This document shows, piece by piece, positions 13,645 to 27,344 of a DNA stretch of 64,000 nt. Position 1 is the stretch's first letter, and every line of letters starts with the position of its first letter. Source of the DNA: Eledone cirrhosa (lineage: Eukaryota); assembly GCA_964016885.1 (NCBI GenBank), contig OZ024743.1, positions 368,590,001 to 368,654,000 of the forward strand, given 5' to 3'. Under the pieces are notes generated by a model. It was not told where the DNA came from. It saw only the letters and a list, made by a program, of their open reading frames with translations, and made no database searches. The position numbers and the translations under genes are program-made.

Positions 13645-14200
13645 TTTTTACTGTATTTTCTACCTTCATTGGTTTTCATATTTAGTGCGAAAGGTGGTGC
13701 AAACCATATGGCGTCTTTATATCTAGGTTTTTCTTTCTAGATGTCAGGCAGTGATCTGGAAAGTAAATGATTCTTTCGGAGAAGCCACTGTTGCTTAGTG
13801 CTGAATTGTAGTAGGGTGCTGCCCTATTAAGGGTGGCTTTGCTAGAAGAGAGGTTAGATACCCTCTTAATGATGTTATTAATAAGATTTTTAAAAACTCT
13901 AATGAGTGGCTAGACTCCTTATGGATGTAACTAAGTTCCTCGCTGGATTTGTGGAATGGTCTGTATGTGTGTGTGTGTAGGTCTAAATTAATGTCTAGGA
14001 AGTTAACATTGGTGAGGTTAGTGGATACAGTAATTTTTAAGCCTAGGCTGTTGAAGGTCGTGATCAGGTGTTTTTCTAAATGTCAAGATCATGGCCACTT
14101 TTATGACTCGATAGTGCCAGACTGTCATCACGATATAGGCCTGTCTGAAGTCAGGGGATTTCTTACATAGTGTGTCTTTAATACGTAGGCATCTCAATAA
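13645..14200 (-). mobile_element. Penelope-like (Naiad-type) RT/thumb fragment
   Basis: Minus strand reads GLYRDDSL..., VNFLDINLDL..YRPFHK..YIHKESSH, RVSNLSS, AAPYYNSALSNSGF and [14 protein letters not shown]. Homologous to the N-terminal part of ORF 31365..32162. Confidence 0.85.
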
Positions 14201-15254
14201 AAGGACAATATATATTAATAAATTAATAAACCAATAATCCATGCATAGAAGTATTAAAATAATCTCACTTGGGGTGTTGGATATAAGTCAAATTGGCTCC
14301 GATCCCTTGACATTTTCGATCTGCCAGCCACTCCACATGCCATCTCAGTGTCTTCGGGCTCGCACATTGTGCTGGACCCCCTGACTTGCACTGGCGTAGA
14401 GAACAGCAACTTATATTTTCTTTACAAACCTTTCACTCCCCCTAACTTAAATCCCCACCCAACTTCCTATAGTCTCCCATGTACTCTCTAACACACACTA
14501 AACTACGTCCTTTATCCTATGTTACAAACTTGTTAATACATACACTCTTACATACAAATCACAGTTAGATACTTTACACGTACACAATATAAACATCAAC
14601 ATACATACACACGTTAAAATTTAATCATACACTCACATATACAAATCCACACATCTCACGGACATACGCTAACACTGCCGGATTCTTTACACACACAAAA
14701 TAACTTCAACGCACATATACAGTACAGACATTCAAACTTACATTCACTCACTCATGCAAGTCCATTTCCACATACCACACGGATATACACATAACGCACA
14801 CTATTTTTGATACCTTGCAACAATATATCTTAAAAACACACACACATTTAAACATACACTTACACTCACACATAATATCAACACTAATACACACACATTT
14901 CACTTTGCGTTCCTAATGATTTGCCTTGTTTACTCAGTTTTTTTTTTTTTTTTTTCTGTATTTTCTGTATCTTGCTTTGTGATCCTGTCTCTATTTTTGT
15001 ACTAGAGGGAGAGAAAGAAAGAGAGAGAGACACGGAGAGAGATGAACAGAGTGAGCGAGGGCGAGAGATAATATATAAAATAAACCCAGGGGGAAATAAA
15101 TCATAAGTAAAAATAATTGTCACTAGGGGAGAGAACTCAAGTGTTAAATATTTTAACCACTATCCAGCAAGGAGGAAGTTGGATGGAGAAGTATATAGAA
15201 TAAATATATACATATATAGATAGACAGACGGACAGACAAAAATACAGACAGGCA

Positions 15255-15735
15255 GACAGACAGAAAGATAGATATGTTTCTTTATTAGCCACAGGGGCAC
15301 AAAAGAAAAGGACAAATTCAAAAGGGGAAGTTTATATAGAATAAAAACGTGTAAAATACTATCACAAATGCAACAGACAGAAAGATAGATATGTTTCTTT
15401 ATTAGCCACAGGGGCACAAAACAAGGGGACAAATACAAAGGGGGAAGTTTACATACAATAAAAACGTGTAAAATGTTATCACAAATGCAATTTAACATAC
15501 CCCCCAAAAAATGTGCAACCCTCATCTCTAGGAGTACGGAGAGTTTGTACTCATTTCCTCTCCTCCTCCTGTCCTCTCCTCCTCCTTTTCCTCAACCTAC
15601 AGGCTGATATAGAGAGAAGGCCCATTCACTCGGGCCATTCTCGTCACTTTCACTCACCTTTCATAAAACTTGCTGGGGTAGAGCACCTCTCTCTCCATCC
15701 TGATTCTTCTTCCAAAGTGGTATTTGAAAAAAAGA
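15255..15735 (-). mobile_element. L1/Tx1 3' fragment with tandemly duplicated 3' terminus
   Basis: FFKYHFGRRIRMEREVLYPSKFY matches the translation of 8190-8260. The GTGCCCCTGTGGCTAATAAAGAAAC terminus occurs twice (about 15275 and 15395). Confidence 0.85.
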
Positions 15736-15849
15736 ACAGACAGAAAGATAGATAGATAGATAGATAGAGACAAAGGGCTGGAGTGAGAGATGTAGTTAAA
15801 TACAAAGAAATATATATATATATATATACCTCTTAACCAAATATACACC

Positions 15850-16206
15850 CCAACCCACTACTCCTATTCCATCCTCCCACTCCCACCAACACCACCCTTT
15901 CTCTGTAAAGTTATGTTGGTACCACAACATCTAGTCCAAACTAATGAGGTCGTGTAGGTGTCACGACAAAAAACACACAGTCCACGCTGTAATGTGACCG
16001 TGTAGGTAACACGGTAAAAAGCTCCCAGTCTGCACTGTAAATGTGGTTGGTGTTAGGAATGGCATCCAGCCAAAGAAAACCTGCCAGATAGTCCTATACG
16101 AGCGAGACACAGTCACCCAACCAATCTTGCCTCAAGTGGGACAATTCCCGTCTAACCCATGCTAGCGTGGAAGATAGACGTTAAATGATGATGATGATGA
16201 TGATGA
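15850..16206 (+). mobile_element. RTE 3'UTR-type repeat with (GAT)n tail (other copies 22790-23065, 30000-30372 and 46677-46897 on the minus strand)
   Basis: Shared GTTGGTGTTAGGAAGGGCATCCAGC...AACCCATGCTAGCGTGGA...GACGTTAAA(TGA)n, also found at the 3' end of the RTE at 56800-56972. Confidence 0.85.
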
Positions 16207-16384
16207 TATATATATATATAACATTTTCGCTCTACATGGCTGAATTCAATAAATGTAATCTGAGTTTTTTGAATATTAATAATAACACTCAATTCGTTTG
16301 CAATTATGCAAACAAGCCTCATTTTTAAAGCCATGTCAGTAGAATTGGACCCTTCATTCTTGCCCGTGTGTTGGCATGTAAACA

Positions 16385-16434
16385 GAACTGCAGACACTAA
16401 TGTTTCTGGGTATCACCCTTCATCAGTACAGCTC
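16385..16434 (-). ncRNA. Minimal type I hammerhead ribozyme (Penelope-associated type)
   Basis: Minus strand: GAGCTGTA-CTGATGA-aGGGTgatACCCa-GAAAC-ATTAGT-GTC-TGCAGTTC. It has an 8-bp stem I, an intact core, a GUC cleavage triplet and a quasi-palindromic stem III. Confidence 0.8.
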
Positions 16435-16739
16435 ACTCTTCACCTGCCAATTGTCAGAGCCAGTGAAAATATATGCGATTTCCTAAAATATACAGTGACT
16501 GATCAGCCAGATTTGCATATCAGGAGACTGGCCAGTCAGTTTCCTGTTATATTTATGGGTTAAATAATTACCTTACACGAGTGGTGGCAGTAAGGTGTTA
16601 TCAGCCATCGAAAAGAAACACAGAATATACATATATATATATCATCATCATCATCAACAGTTTTACATCCGCTTTCCTCTCTCTCCCTCTCTCTCTTTCT
16701 CTCTCTTTCTCTCTCTATCTCTCTCATGCTCAGTCCTGG

Positions 16740-19700
16740 GGGAACCCCTCCTCTCTTTCTCCTTCTTCCCAGATAACCAGCACCAAGATATCACCCATCA
16801 CCAGGAAAGCTGTACTGCCCCCTAGGAACACTGGAAGGTAGGTCAGGTGAGATTGTGGAGATGCTCAAGCATAGGAAAATTGACATGTGTTGTATACAAG
16901 AGACCAGGTGGAGAGGAGAATTGTCCAGACTCCTAATAGGCAGAAACCAATGCTTTAAATTTTTTGAGAAAGGTAACGACAGTGGGCTTAGAGGTGTAGA
17001 TATTATGCTAGCTGAAAAATGGTTGAACAAGGTAATCGCAGTGAATAGAATAAATGACAGGATCCTCTCACTTAGGCTCATCCTAAACAAGACAATGGTA
17101 TCAATCTGGTCCGCCTATGCACCCCAGTCCAGTCTTCCAGATAGACAAAAGGACCTGTTCCACGAGTCCCTAATAAGTGCAACATCCCAAACCAGTAACA
17201 CCGAAGCCACCATTATTGCAGGCGACTTGAACAGACATGTGGGGTGACTAAATCATGGATTCTATGGGGTCCATGGAGATTTTGAGTTTGGCACAAGAAC
17301 TGAGGATGGACTAGGCTTCTGAAATTCTGCAACGCAAACAAAATGACTATCTGCAAAACAAACTTCAAGAAACAGGCAAATCAACTGATCACTTATAATT
17401 CAGGTGAGCACACCAGCCAAATCGACACGGCAATAGTCATAAACACAAAGGGCATCGCGGATGAGGAATGCACACCCCTCTCCTCCGCAACATAGTATGG
17501 TAGTCGGCATCTTTAGAGTCAGAACCATGCAGTCCAGAAGCCAGAAAACATCCTGGAGGAGAAGGATATGGAAGCTGAAGGGCATCACAGCTCATAACAG
17601 ATTCAGGAGACTCCTACTTGACCTCTTTGATGGCAAGGAAGATGAAATAAAGGCATATGCTATAGAGGAGCAGTGGGTTTCTGAGAGATAACCTACTAAA
17701 GGCAACAAATGTGATGCGGTTGGAACAAGTCACCAGGTAGGAGCAATAGAACCACCTGGTGGTTGAATAACGAGGTGGATGTAGCAATTAAAGCCAAATG
17801 ACAGGCATGGAAAAAATAGAAAAACAGAGGTAGCAAACACTACTACGATGAAGCCAGGAGAGAGGTTAGAGAACAAGTATACCTGTCAAGGAGTGAAGCA
17901 GAAAATGAAAAGTCTGAGCATGTACTGAAATGTGAGGACCAAATGCATGAGGTATTCAAGATTGCAAGGTAATGTGTCAAGGAAAACCAAGATGTTCTCG
18001 GGGAGAAATGGGTTCAACAATGGCACACTTGCCTTCACCAACACTGAAAAGAAAGCTGCTTAGAAATGACAGTATATGAGGTTGATAAAGGAGGAAAACA
18101 CTTGGGAGGTAAATAGCCTGCCCCAAGCGCACCCTACAGAAGGTCCAGCTGCACACATAAACAGCAGCCTAGTAAGTAAGGCAATTAAGAAGATGAAGGC
18201 AGGTAAATCAGCTGGGCCATCGGGAGTAGTTGCTGAGATTTTGAAAGCATCTGGGACACAGTCATACAGATGGTATCATTTCCCAGTGATTGGAATAACA
18301 GCATCATCGTCAACTGCTACAAAGGTAAAAGAGATACCCCAAAGAGAAGTAACTACAGAGGCATAAAGCTTACTGTCCAGGTCATGAAAGTTACAGAAAG
18401 AGTCATTGCACAATTGATAAAAGATCGTATACACCTAGATGAAATGCAGTTTGGATTTGTGCCAGGAAAAAGCTCCACTGACGCCTTCTTCCTTGCAAAG
18501 CAATTGCAGGAAAAATACCAAGCCACTCTATCTAGCATTCATAGACCTAGAGAAAGCTTTTGACAGAGTTCCTTGACCCATAATATGGTGGGACTTCAGA
18601 GAACAAGGTGTAGATGAGTGGCTCATAAGAGCAGTACAGGCCATGTACAGAGGGGCCACCAGCAAAGTTAAAATCAACAATGAATACAGTGAAGAATTCA
18701 GCGTACAGGTGGTAGTTTACCAGGGTTCCATCCTTAGCCCCTTCCTCTTCATTATTGTTCTACAGGCTATAACAGAGGAATTTAAGACTGGTTGCCCTTT
18801 GGAACTACTATACGCCAATGACCTGAATCTCTTAGTCGATTCTTCGACAGAATTAGAGAAGAAATTTCAGACACGAAGGCACAACTTAGAAATAAAAGGC
18901 CTGAAAGTCAATCTGACTAAGACCAAAATCGTTGTGAGCAGTAGAGGAAACAGAACTCTGATACCACCCAGAAAAGGCCCTGCACGGTATGCAGGAAAGG
19001 GGTAGGCAGAAATTCTATCAAGTGTCCCAAATACAAAGAGTGGGTTTAACAAGAGATGTAGTGGGAAAGCAGGCAGACTAGCAAAAAAATGGACTTCATA
19101 TGTGAACCCTGCACAGAGGTAGTAGGCAAAGTCTTTCAGATAGCATACTCCTTAATTGCACAGAAATCTCCATAGAAATAGTTGATAGCTTCTGCTATCT
19201 TGGTGGCCAAATCAGCTGTGGAGGTGTTGTGCAGAAAGCACAGTTGCATGTGTAAGAACGGGTTGGAAAAGTTCAGGGAACTGCTGACACTGCTAACTAT
19301 AAAAGGTCTCTCACACAAGATAAAAGGCAAGCTGATGCCTGCGTGCACTCATGCTACATGGTAGCAAAACATGGGCTCTGCATGCCGAGGACCTACAGAG
19401 ATTAGAAAGAAACAAAGCCGACATGATCAGATGGCTGTGTAACAGAAGTGTACATGAACGGCAAAGTGTTAATGTATTAAGGGTGAAACTGGGCATAAGA
19501 GTGATCAAATGCTGTGTGCAGGAAGGAAGTCTGTGCATGAAAGATGGCAGCTGCCTAAAGAGGTGCAGGAGGCCCCAAAAGAGGTAGACCGAGGAAGGCG
19601 TGGAATGAAACGATAAAGGTGGACCTGACTCAACTAGATCTCCCAATGAGGATGACACAGGACCGAGTCCTCTGGTGCTACAACGTTCCACAAAAGACCC
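16740..19700 (+). mobile_element. Near full-length, heavily decayed RTE LINE (APE + RT + PHD-like insert)
   Basis: CCIQETRW, SAYAPQ, AGDLN, GKSAGPSG, NYRGIKL, QFGFVPG, YQGSILSP, LLYAND and LHGSKTW are spread over many broken ORFs. Confidence 0.9.
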
Positions 19701-19799
19701 ATGTCGACAACTCAACTCCAGACTCATATATATGCTCATAATGGTATCACCCAGCACCACACCACAAACACGGTTAATGGCATGCCCACAAGGGATTCA

Positions 19800-21015
19800 T
19801 CATAGTAATCGCGTATGGGGCTCCAAAAATATGATTCCATTATGTGAAAGGTTTTGCACGGCCAACAGGCCTGTCCCTCCTCATAGCAGTGTCATCCAGT
19901 TGTGGGCTCCCAGACTGTGGTTCCACAGTGAGAGGGATTCTTCATGGCCATAGTCTGTAAATGCATTTCCTCAGCTGTGGTCTGCTGTGAGAAGGGTTTG
20001 ATGTGGCCAACTGGCCAGTTCTTTTTCATAGCGGTGTCATCCAGTGCCAGGCTCCAATGCTGTGGATCTGCTGTGAGAAGGGTTCAGCACAGCCACTGGC
20101 CTGTCCCTCCTCATAGCGTAGCAATGTGGCATCCAACATCTGAATTGAGGGTTCACAGTGTGAGGGGTTCAGCGTGGCCAACTGGCTTGTCTCACCTCAT
20201 AGTAATACCACCAAGTTCTAGGCTCCCAAAACGTGGTTCCGCAGTGAGGTTCATTGAGGTTGAATGGCCTGTCCTTCCTCACAGTGTTGCAACACTGTGA
20301 ATGTGGTCCCTCAGCTGTAGCACTGCTGTGCAAAGGGTTGGTTTGGTGCAGCCAACTGAGCTGTCCCTCCTCACCTCATAGTGGAGAGTGCCTGGATCTG
20401 AAACTGGGGTTTTGCTGTGAGAAGGGTTTGGAGTGGCCAACTGGCCTGTCTCTCCTTATAATGGTGTCCTCCAGTGCCGGGTTCTGAAATTGTGGTTCTG
20501 CTGTGAGATGAATTCAGTGCAGCCAACTGGCTGTGTCTCCTCATAGTGGAGTCATGTGGCATCCAACACCAGAACTGAGGATCTGTTGTGTGAAGGGTTT
20601 GGCACAGCCAATTGGCCTGTTCCTCCTCATAGTGGTGCCATCCAGTTCTCTTCCTGAGCTATAAGTCCACTGTGTGAAGAGTTTGCACAGCCAACAGGCC
20701 TGTCCCTCTGCGTAGTACAGTCCCAGGCTCTGAAGTCCAGAATGTGGCCCTGCTGTGAGGGGTTCAGTGCAGAAAACTGGCCTGTCCCTTCTCATAGCAG
20801 TGCCATGTCATACCTGAACTGAGGGTTCACTGTGTGTAGGGTTCAGCATGGCCCTCCACACAGTGGTGTCATCCAGCACCAGGCTCCCTAACTGTGGTTC
20901 CATACATGCCCCTCCTCATAACGGTATCATCCAATACTGGGCCCCAAAACTATGGTAACGTTGTGAGATGGTTTCAGTGTAGCCAACTGGCCTGTTCCTC
21001 CTCATAGCAGTGCCA
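19800..21015. repeat. Degenerate minisatellite, unit about 85 bp, about 14 copies; resumes at 22465-22625
   Basis: Recurrent GCCAACTGGCCTGTCCCTCCTCATAG(C/T)..TGCCATCCAG...TGTGGTTC..TGTGAGA.GGGTT, with starts near 20006, 20092, 20178, 20351, 20436, 20522 and 20607. Confidence 0.85.
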
Positions 21016-22462
21016 TCCATCATCATCATCATCATCATCATACGTCCATTTTTGCACGCTAGCATGGGTTAGACGAGTTGTCCTGTTGTGGGCAATGCCA
21101 GGTCAGGTGACCATATCTTGCTTATACAGAACTAATTTGGGATTTCTACAGCTGGATGCTCTTCTTCATTTAGAGTGAGTACTGGGTACTTTTTATTGTG
21201 GCACCTACACAACCACTTTACAGAGTGGACTGGGTGTTTTTTGTCATGACACCTACATGACCTCTTTACAGTGGGAGGTAGGGGTTACTGTCAATATGCT
21301 TCAGCTTTGGCTAGTATCCGTGTGTAATGCCAGAGGTCTCGGTCCTGTGTCATCGCCTTTAGGGCATTGGGCAAGGTCAGCTTTTATCACCTCATCCCAA
21401 GTCTTCCTGGATCTTCCCACTCCATCGACTTAGAGTGCTCTGCACCTTTTTAGGCAGCTGTCATCCTTTATATGCATCCCATGTCCATACCAATGTAATC
21501 TCCTCTCCTGCATACAGCATTTGATACCTCTTATTCCTAGATTCAACATCATCATCATCATCTTCGTTTAACGTCCACTTTCCACGCTAGCATGGGTTAT
21601 TTCTCTCTAACAATTCGTTTATGCTTTGCCATTCACTATATTACTGTTACACATCCATCAGATCATGCAAGCTTCATTTCTTTCCAACCTACACAAGTCT
21701 TCTGCACACAACGCCCTGTCTCACTACCATGCAACATTGCTGTTCATATGCGCGCATCATACAGTCTGCCTTTCATTTTGAGGGAAAACCCTTTTGCAGC
21801 TAGCAGTGGTAGTAGCTCCCTGAACTTCTTCCATTTCATTCTTACCCTGGCTACTATACTTTCAGAACAGCCACTTCCGCTGCTAATTTGGTCACCTAGG
21901 TAGCAGAAGCTGTCTACTGTTTCTACCAAGTCCTCCCAGAATTTGATAGTGCTTGTTTCCTGTGGTCATTTGCTGCTTACTGTCCTGGTACAACTGCTAC
22001 ATGTATAGCCTACATTCTTAGCTAAACTTCCTGAGATCCCACTACATCTCTTGTGTACCCATAATTTGCATTTGGGGCAGAGGATGGAATTTCTACCTAC
22101 ACCTTTCCTACATACTGAGCAAGGCCATTTCCCTGACCTGAGGGGATCTGGGTTCTGTTTTCTCTTCTACTTACTAGGACCTTAGTCTTTGTCAGGTTGA
22201 CTTTGAGACCCCCTTCTTTCTAGGCCCATGTTTGGAATTTCTTCTCTAGTTCCACCATAGATTCAGCTATAAGTGTAAGATCATCCATGTACAGAAGTTC
22301 CCATGGCAGCCAGTCTTAATCTCCTCTGTTATAGCCTGCAATACGATAATAAACAAGAGAGGGCTAAGAACAGAGCCCTGGTGGACACCAACCTATATGC
22401 TTAATTCCTCTCTATAGTCATTGTTAACCCTAACTTTGCTGACTGCTCCCCTATACATGGCA
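21016..22462 (-). mobile_element. Nested RTE 3' fragments inserted into the 85-bp minisatellite
   Basis: (CAT)n tails at 21016-21040 and 21546-21562. ORF 21744..21929(-) reads VDSFCYLGD..WKKFRELLPLL. The 3'UTR matches 56660-56970. Confidence 0.88.
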
Positions 22463-23065
22463 GTACAGGGCACCAAAACTATGGCTACACTGTGAGATGT
22501 GTTAGGCTCCATGTAATGGTGCTATCCTGCACCGGGCTCTAAAACTATGGTTCCACTGTGAATTGGGTTCAGTGCAGCCAGCTTGCCTGTCCCTCCTCAA
22601 AATGGTGCCATCCAGTTCCACACTGTAAATCTAGCTGTAAAATACCCAGCCAAATTTACAGACCTCATCGAAGAAAGGTACAGCATAGCCAACTCTGGCC
22701 AGAATTGCCTCCCAACATGGATGACCCATGAAAAATGGATGCTAAACAGTGATGATGATGATGATATATACATATATATATATATATATTGGTATCACAA
22801 CATCCAGTCCTAAATAAATGAAGTCGTGTAGGTGTCACGACAAAAAACACACAGTCCACGCTGTAATGTGGTCGTGTAGGTAACACAGTAAAAACCTCCC
22901 AGTCCACACTGTAAACGTGGTTGCTGTTAGGAAGGGCATCCAGCTGTAGAAAACCTGCCAGACAGTCCTATACGAGCGAGACAACCAATCTTGCCTCAAG
23001 TGGGCTACTTCCCGTCCAAACCCATGCTAGCGTGGAAGATAGACGTTAAAAGATGATGATGATGA

Positions 23066-23106
<41 letters not shown>

Positions 23107-23163
23107 GTGTGTGTATATATATATGTATATATATATGTATATATATATGTATATATATATATG

Positions 23164-23196
<33 letters not shown>

Positions 23197-23207
23197 GTGT
23201 GTATATA

Positions 23208-23241
<34 letters not shown>

Positions 23242-23245
<4 letters not shown>

Positions 23246-23332
23246 GTGTTTCAGTAGGAAAGGTAAAGGAAAAGAGAGTGCTCTATGTAGGCTACAGAGC
23301 TTTTTAGATATGTTGTTTATTACATAACTATA
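23242..23332. repeat. Penelope-like terminal remnant between TA microsatellites
   Basis: Its reverse complement matches 28241-28262 and 28492-28555 (TAGTTATGTAATAAACAACATA; AAGCTCTGTA.CCTACATAGAGCACTCT). Confidence 0.55.
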
Positions 23333-23379
23333 TATATATATATATGTGTATATATATATATACATATATATAGAGAGTC

Positions 23380-25400
23380 TGAGGTGCTGAGACCAGGGAG
23401 ACCACTAATCATGGGAGTACTCAATGCATGTGAAGATCCAGGGTGGATATAGAGAAAGGTAAAATCCCAACTGCGGTTTCGACTTGTGTGTTCAGCAAGC
23501 CTTTTCAATGGTGTAGTAATATTTGTAGGTGTGAAAAAATACGTCATTTGTCTTGGTAGTGCTTTGGTTGAATATCATTGGTATCGTACAGGCCTTGAAA
23601 TGCCACATTTTCTTAATTTCAATTGATAGGTCTTTATATTTACTGGGCTTTCGGAACTCTTTTGAGTTCTTCATGGTTCTTCATAATTATATCAGATCTG
23701 TTGGCCTTGATTGTTCTTGATTGTACTTAAATGGAACCCACAGGGAAGCAGACGGAGAGGGCGACCCAAAATGAACTGGCGCCAGACAGTTGAGAGGGAC
23801 CTGCGAGCGACAAACAGACAATGGCGGGACGCTATGCAACTGGCTGCTGACCGAACGCGGTGGAACACTATGATTGCCTCATGCGTCGCAAGACGCAGGA
23901 GCTTCTGAGTCTGAGTCTGAGTTGGCCTTGATTGTTCTGTCAGTATTCACAAGGAAATCCCATAGGATTGTCATGTTCTCACCTGTTACTGCATCTGGGT
24001 GATGGTTGTACCATTTTCCCTCCATTTTCAGACCATAAAGCTTGCACACTACATAGTGTATTTCTCCCTCTATCCTGCCTCATTTTATATTCCTGGGGAG
24101 CTAATACTTTGCAGCCTGAAACTAGATGGTCAATGATCTCAACAGGCTCATCACAGAATAAACACTTTGGCTCTGTTCCCTTTGCTTGAAAGTTGCAGCC
24201 AAAATGAAACCCTCATTTAGCCTAAAACTCCACAGTCACTGATGGGTGAGAGTTTGATCTACATCAGGTTTTTTGCTATGGAGAAGATACTGCTAATGCA
24301 GTGGTTTTTACTCCCATTTAGTGCACAATCTCTGTTGGACTTCATGTTTTGCCAACACTTTGATATTATTTGTGACGTATTCTCTGGTAGCATTTCTTCC
24401 TGATTCTGTCTTTGATACTGGCATGGTGAAAACCTTGGCCTTCATTGATCCCTAGATATCTGTAGGCTTGTTCCTGTTCTAGTTCCCTAATTACTGTATT
24501 CACAACTCCCTATAACATCGCTGAGCACCCTGTCTTCAGCAGTTCTTCCAATTTGATGTCATTTTTAGTATACAGCTTCAAGTCATCCATATAAAACAGA
24601 TGAATGATGGTTTTGCTGTCTATTTTGTAGCCATATTTTGTTTTGTTGAGTGCTGGAGACAGCGGTGTGAGTGCAATGTAAAATATCAAAGGAGAAAACA
24701 AATCACCTTAAAAAATACCACAGTTGGAATTTATAGTTCCATTACTGTATGGTAGTGATAGAATTGTATATATGTATAGATATGTATTTCAGGAAGTTTG
24801 TTATTACTGGGGAAATGTTCAGAACATCCAAAGTTTTCAAAATCGATGATTGGGGAACACTGTCAAATACTTTTTTATAGTCAATCCAAGCAGTACTCTG
24901 TATTTGTTATGACAGTTTTCCAGAATTATACGGTTAATGAGAAGTTGGTCATTGCAACTGTAAGGGAAAAGTTCATTTTCATCCATAAATTTTGTATGAT
25001 GTGGACAAGTGATAGGACAATAATTTTTTGGAATATTTGTTTCTGTCAAGAGATATATAATACCTTGTTGAAAACAATCAGGAATTTTCTCGGGATTGTG
25101 CATAATTTCATTACAACATTCTACTAACACACCATGGGTAGCAGTTAGAAAAGTTTGGCACTTTATCAATGCCAGGAGATTTCCATTTGTTGGCTTTCTT
25201 TAGTGCCAACTCCAGTTCTTCCATAGTTATGTCTTGCCAAGTCTGCCTTTCTAAATTATTGTATGTTTCTTCCATGTTCCTTAAACATTCTGCATGCACA
25301 TTATGAGATTTTACTGTACTCTATACATACCGTTTTCCCAAATTCTTCAATTTCATGGATTGTCCCACGTTCTGGGATCATAATCTCAAGGTATTTATTT
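23380..25400 (-). mobile_element. Decayed R4/Dong-like RLE non-LTR element
   Basis: Minus strand has WKSPGIDKVPNF, NYCPITC, FSPLIFYIALTPLS, HLFYMDDLKLY and a C-terminal KYKDLSIEIKKMW. Confidence 0.82.
23718..23920 (+). mobile_element. 5'-truncated RTE 3' end with (TCTGAG)n tail and 18-bp TSD
   Basis: WNPQGSRRRGRPKMNW..DRTRW. GTTGGCCTTGATTGTTCT is repeated at 23700-23717 and 23921-23938. Confidence 0.9.
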
Positions 25401-25505
25401 ATATTTAAAAGTTTTTTTCTGTGAACTTAACTGAGCTGCTGCTCTAGTTACTACTACTACTATCACTACTACTACTACTACTACTACTACTATCACTACT
25501 ACTAT

Positions 25506-25561
<56 letters not shown>

Positions 25562-26006
25562 AACGTTATGCCGCTGTTGTTAGTTTGTTAATAAGGTTGA
25601 AACTTTGTACTAAACATATATAACTTGCTAACCTGCCTGAAAATGGTTGGTTTACTTTCAATGCAGACTATGACATAAGCAATTTTTATAAAGCTGGAAC
25701 TATATCTGCAATGAACCAAGACCAAAACAAACAGCTAATACGCCCATTTCAATAGTAACTGCAATTTTTAAGGAATAGTGTTTGCATAGTGTAGAAATAA
25801 TATTAAAAATGGAGTGGCACATAATGTGTGTCACCTGGCCTATATATATATATATTTTTACATGTTGAGCTGGTGTATATATAATTAGAATAACTACACT
25901 CTTTTAAATATAAACATTGTTGTTACAATGATCAGAACCCTTTTGTTATGATCTACAGTAATGCTTGGTCATTCTGAGAAATTTAAAGAAATAATGATAA
26001 GTCTAC

Positions 26007-26020
<14 letters not shown>
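25361..26020. repeat. Left arm of a near-identical inverted duplication (partner 51838-52657)
   Basis: The non-TE-like AT-rich block and the interrupted (CTA)n tract recur as the reverse complement at 52046-52657 and 51838-51867. Confidence 0.92.
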
Positions 26021-26037
<17 letters not shown>

Positions 26038-26042
26038 TATAT

Positions 26043-27097
26043 GATGCTTTCGGAAAGCTAGAAAGGCGACTCTGGGGTAGGCGAGACATATGCAGGAGGA
26101 CAAAGGTAAAGGTGTACAGGGCATGTGTGCTCTCTTGTCTTCTTTATGCCTGCGAGACATGGGTCACATATCGACACCACCTTAAGCAATTGGAGTGTTT
26201 CCATCAGATGTGTCTCAGACAGATCCATGGCGTTCACTGGAGGGACCACATCAGTGATGTCGAGATTTTGGAAAGCTCTATGTGTGACAGTATAGAAACT
26301 CTTGTGCTTAAGCAACGACTCCATTGGAGTGGTCACCTTGCCAGGATGAAGGATTCTAGAATACCAAAACAACTCTTTTATGGAGAGTTGGTTAAAGGAA
26401 AACGACCGCCACATAAACCAAAAAAGAGGTATAAGGATTCCTTGAAAGCCTCTCTGAAAGACGCTAACATCTCTGCTGATACATGGGAAAATATTGCTGT
26501 TGATCGTAATAAATGGAGAAAGACTGTATATGAGGGAAAAGTTGCCTTTGAGGCATCTCGAATCGCATACGAGAAAGTAAAGCAGGATGTGAGGAAGGGC
26601 ATTGCTGTTGCACTTCCAGACGGCGAGGGTCCTCCTATGGTGCTGACATGCAGCGTCTGTGCGAGACTCTGCCGAAGCAAAGCTGGACTCGAAAGTCATC
26701 TTCGCAGTCATAAAGTAAGACCAGTAGTTGACTACCAGGCTGCTGTTGGAGATGCTACTCATCATGCTTGCCAAACATGTGGTAGAGAATGTAAATCAGC
26801 AGGAGGGCTCAAGCGACATGCAAAAGTACACAAACTCCAACCACAGCCGACTATTCCCAGTGAATATTTTGGTTGCCGACTCTGTGCAAGACATTTTAGA
26901 TCATTGGCTGGGCTAAAAAGCCACATTCGATCGCAGCGCTGTTAGTTGTTATCATGTGTGTGGGTGTATACATATGTTTATGTGTGTGCGTGTATGTGTA
27001 TATATATGTATATTATTATTGTTGTTGTCGTTATTATTATTGTTGTTATTATTATTATTATTATTGTTATTAATGTATATGTGTGTGTATATATGTA

Positions 27098-27142
<45 letters not shown>

Positions 27143-27290
27143 CTTTTTTTTATTTTAATTTTATTTTTTATTTATTTATAAATTTTTTTTTTTCTTCTCG
27201 TCCAATGGCCATACTCGATAACGAGGGGGCAGCCATCATGTATGTATGTATGTATGTATGTATGTATGTATGTATGTATGTATCTATGTA
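26043..27290 (+). mobile_element. RTE 3' portion encoding three C-terminal C2H2-type zinc fingers; (TATG)n tail
   Basis: TKVKVYRACVLSCLLYACETW..RLHWSGHLARM..RIPKQLFYGEL, then CSVC..HLRSH, CQTC..HAKVH and CRLC..HIRSQ. The 3' end is ATGGCCATACTCGATAACGAGGGGGCAGCCATC(ATGT)n. Confidence 0.88.
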
Positions 27291-27344
27291 TCTAAAAAAT
27301 GTGTAAATATGTATATACATGTATGCAGGTGTATATATATGCCC

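Noticed and set aside
26013-26945. Host C2H2 zinc-finger transcription factor gene
   Set aside because: The fingers are fused to an RTE C-terminus, lack TGEKP linkers, start in a microsatellite and are followed by an RTE tail.
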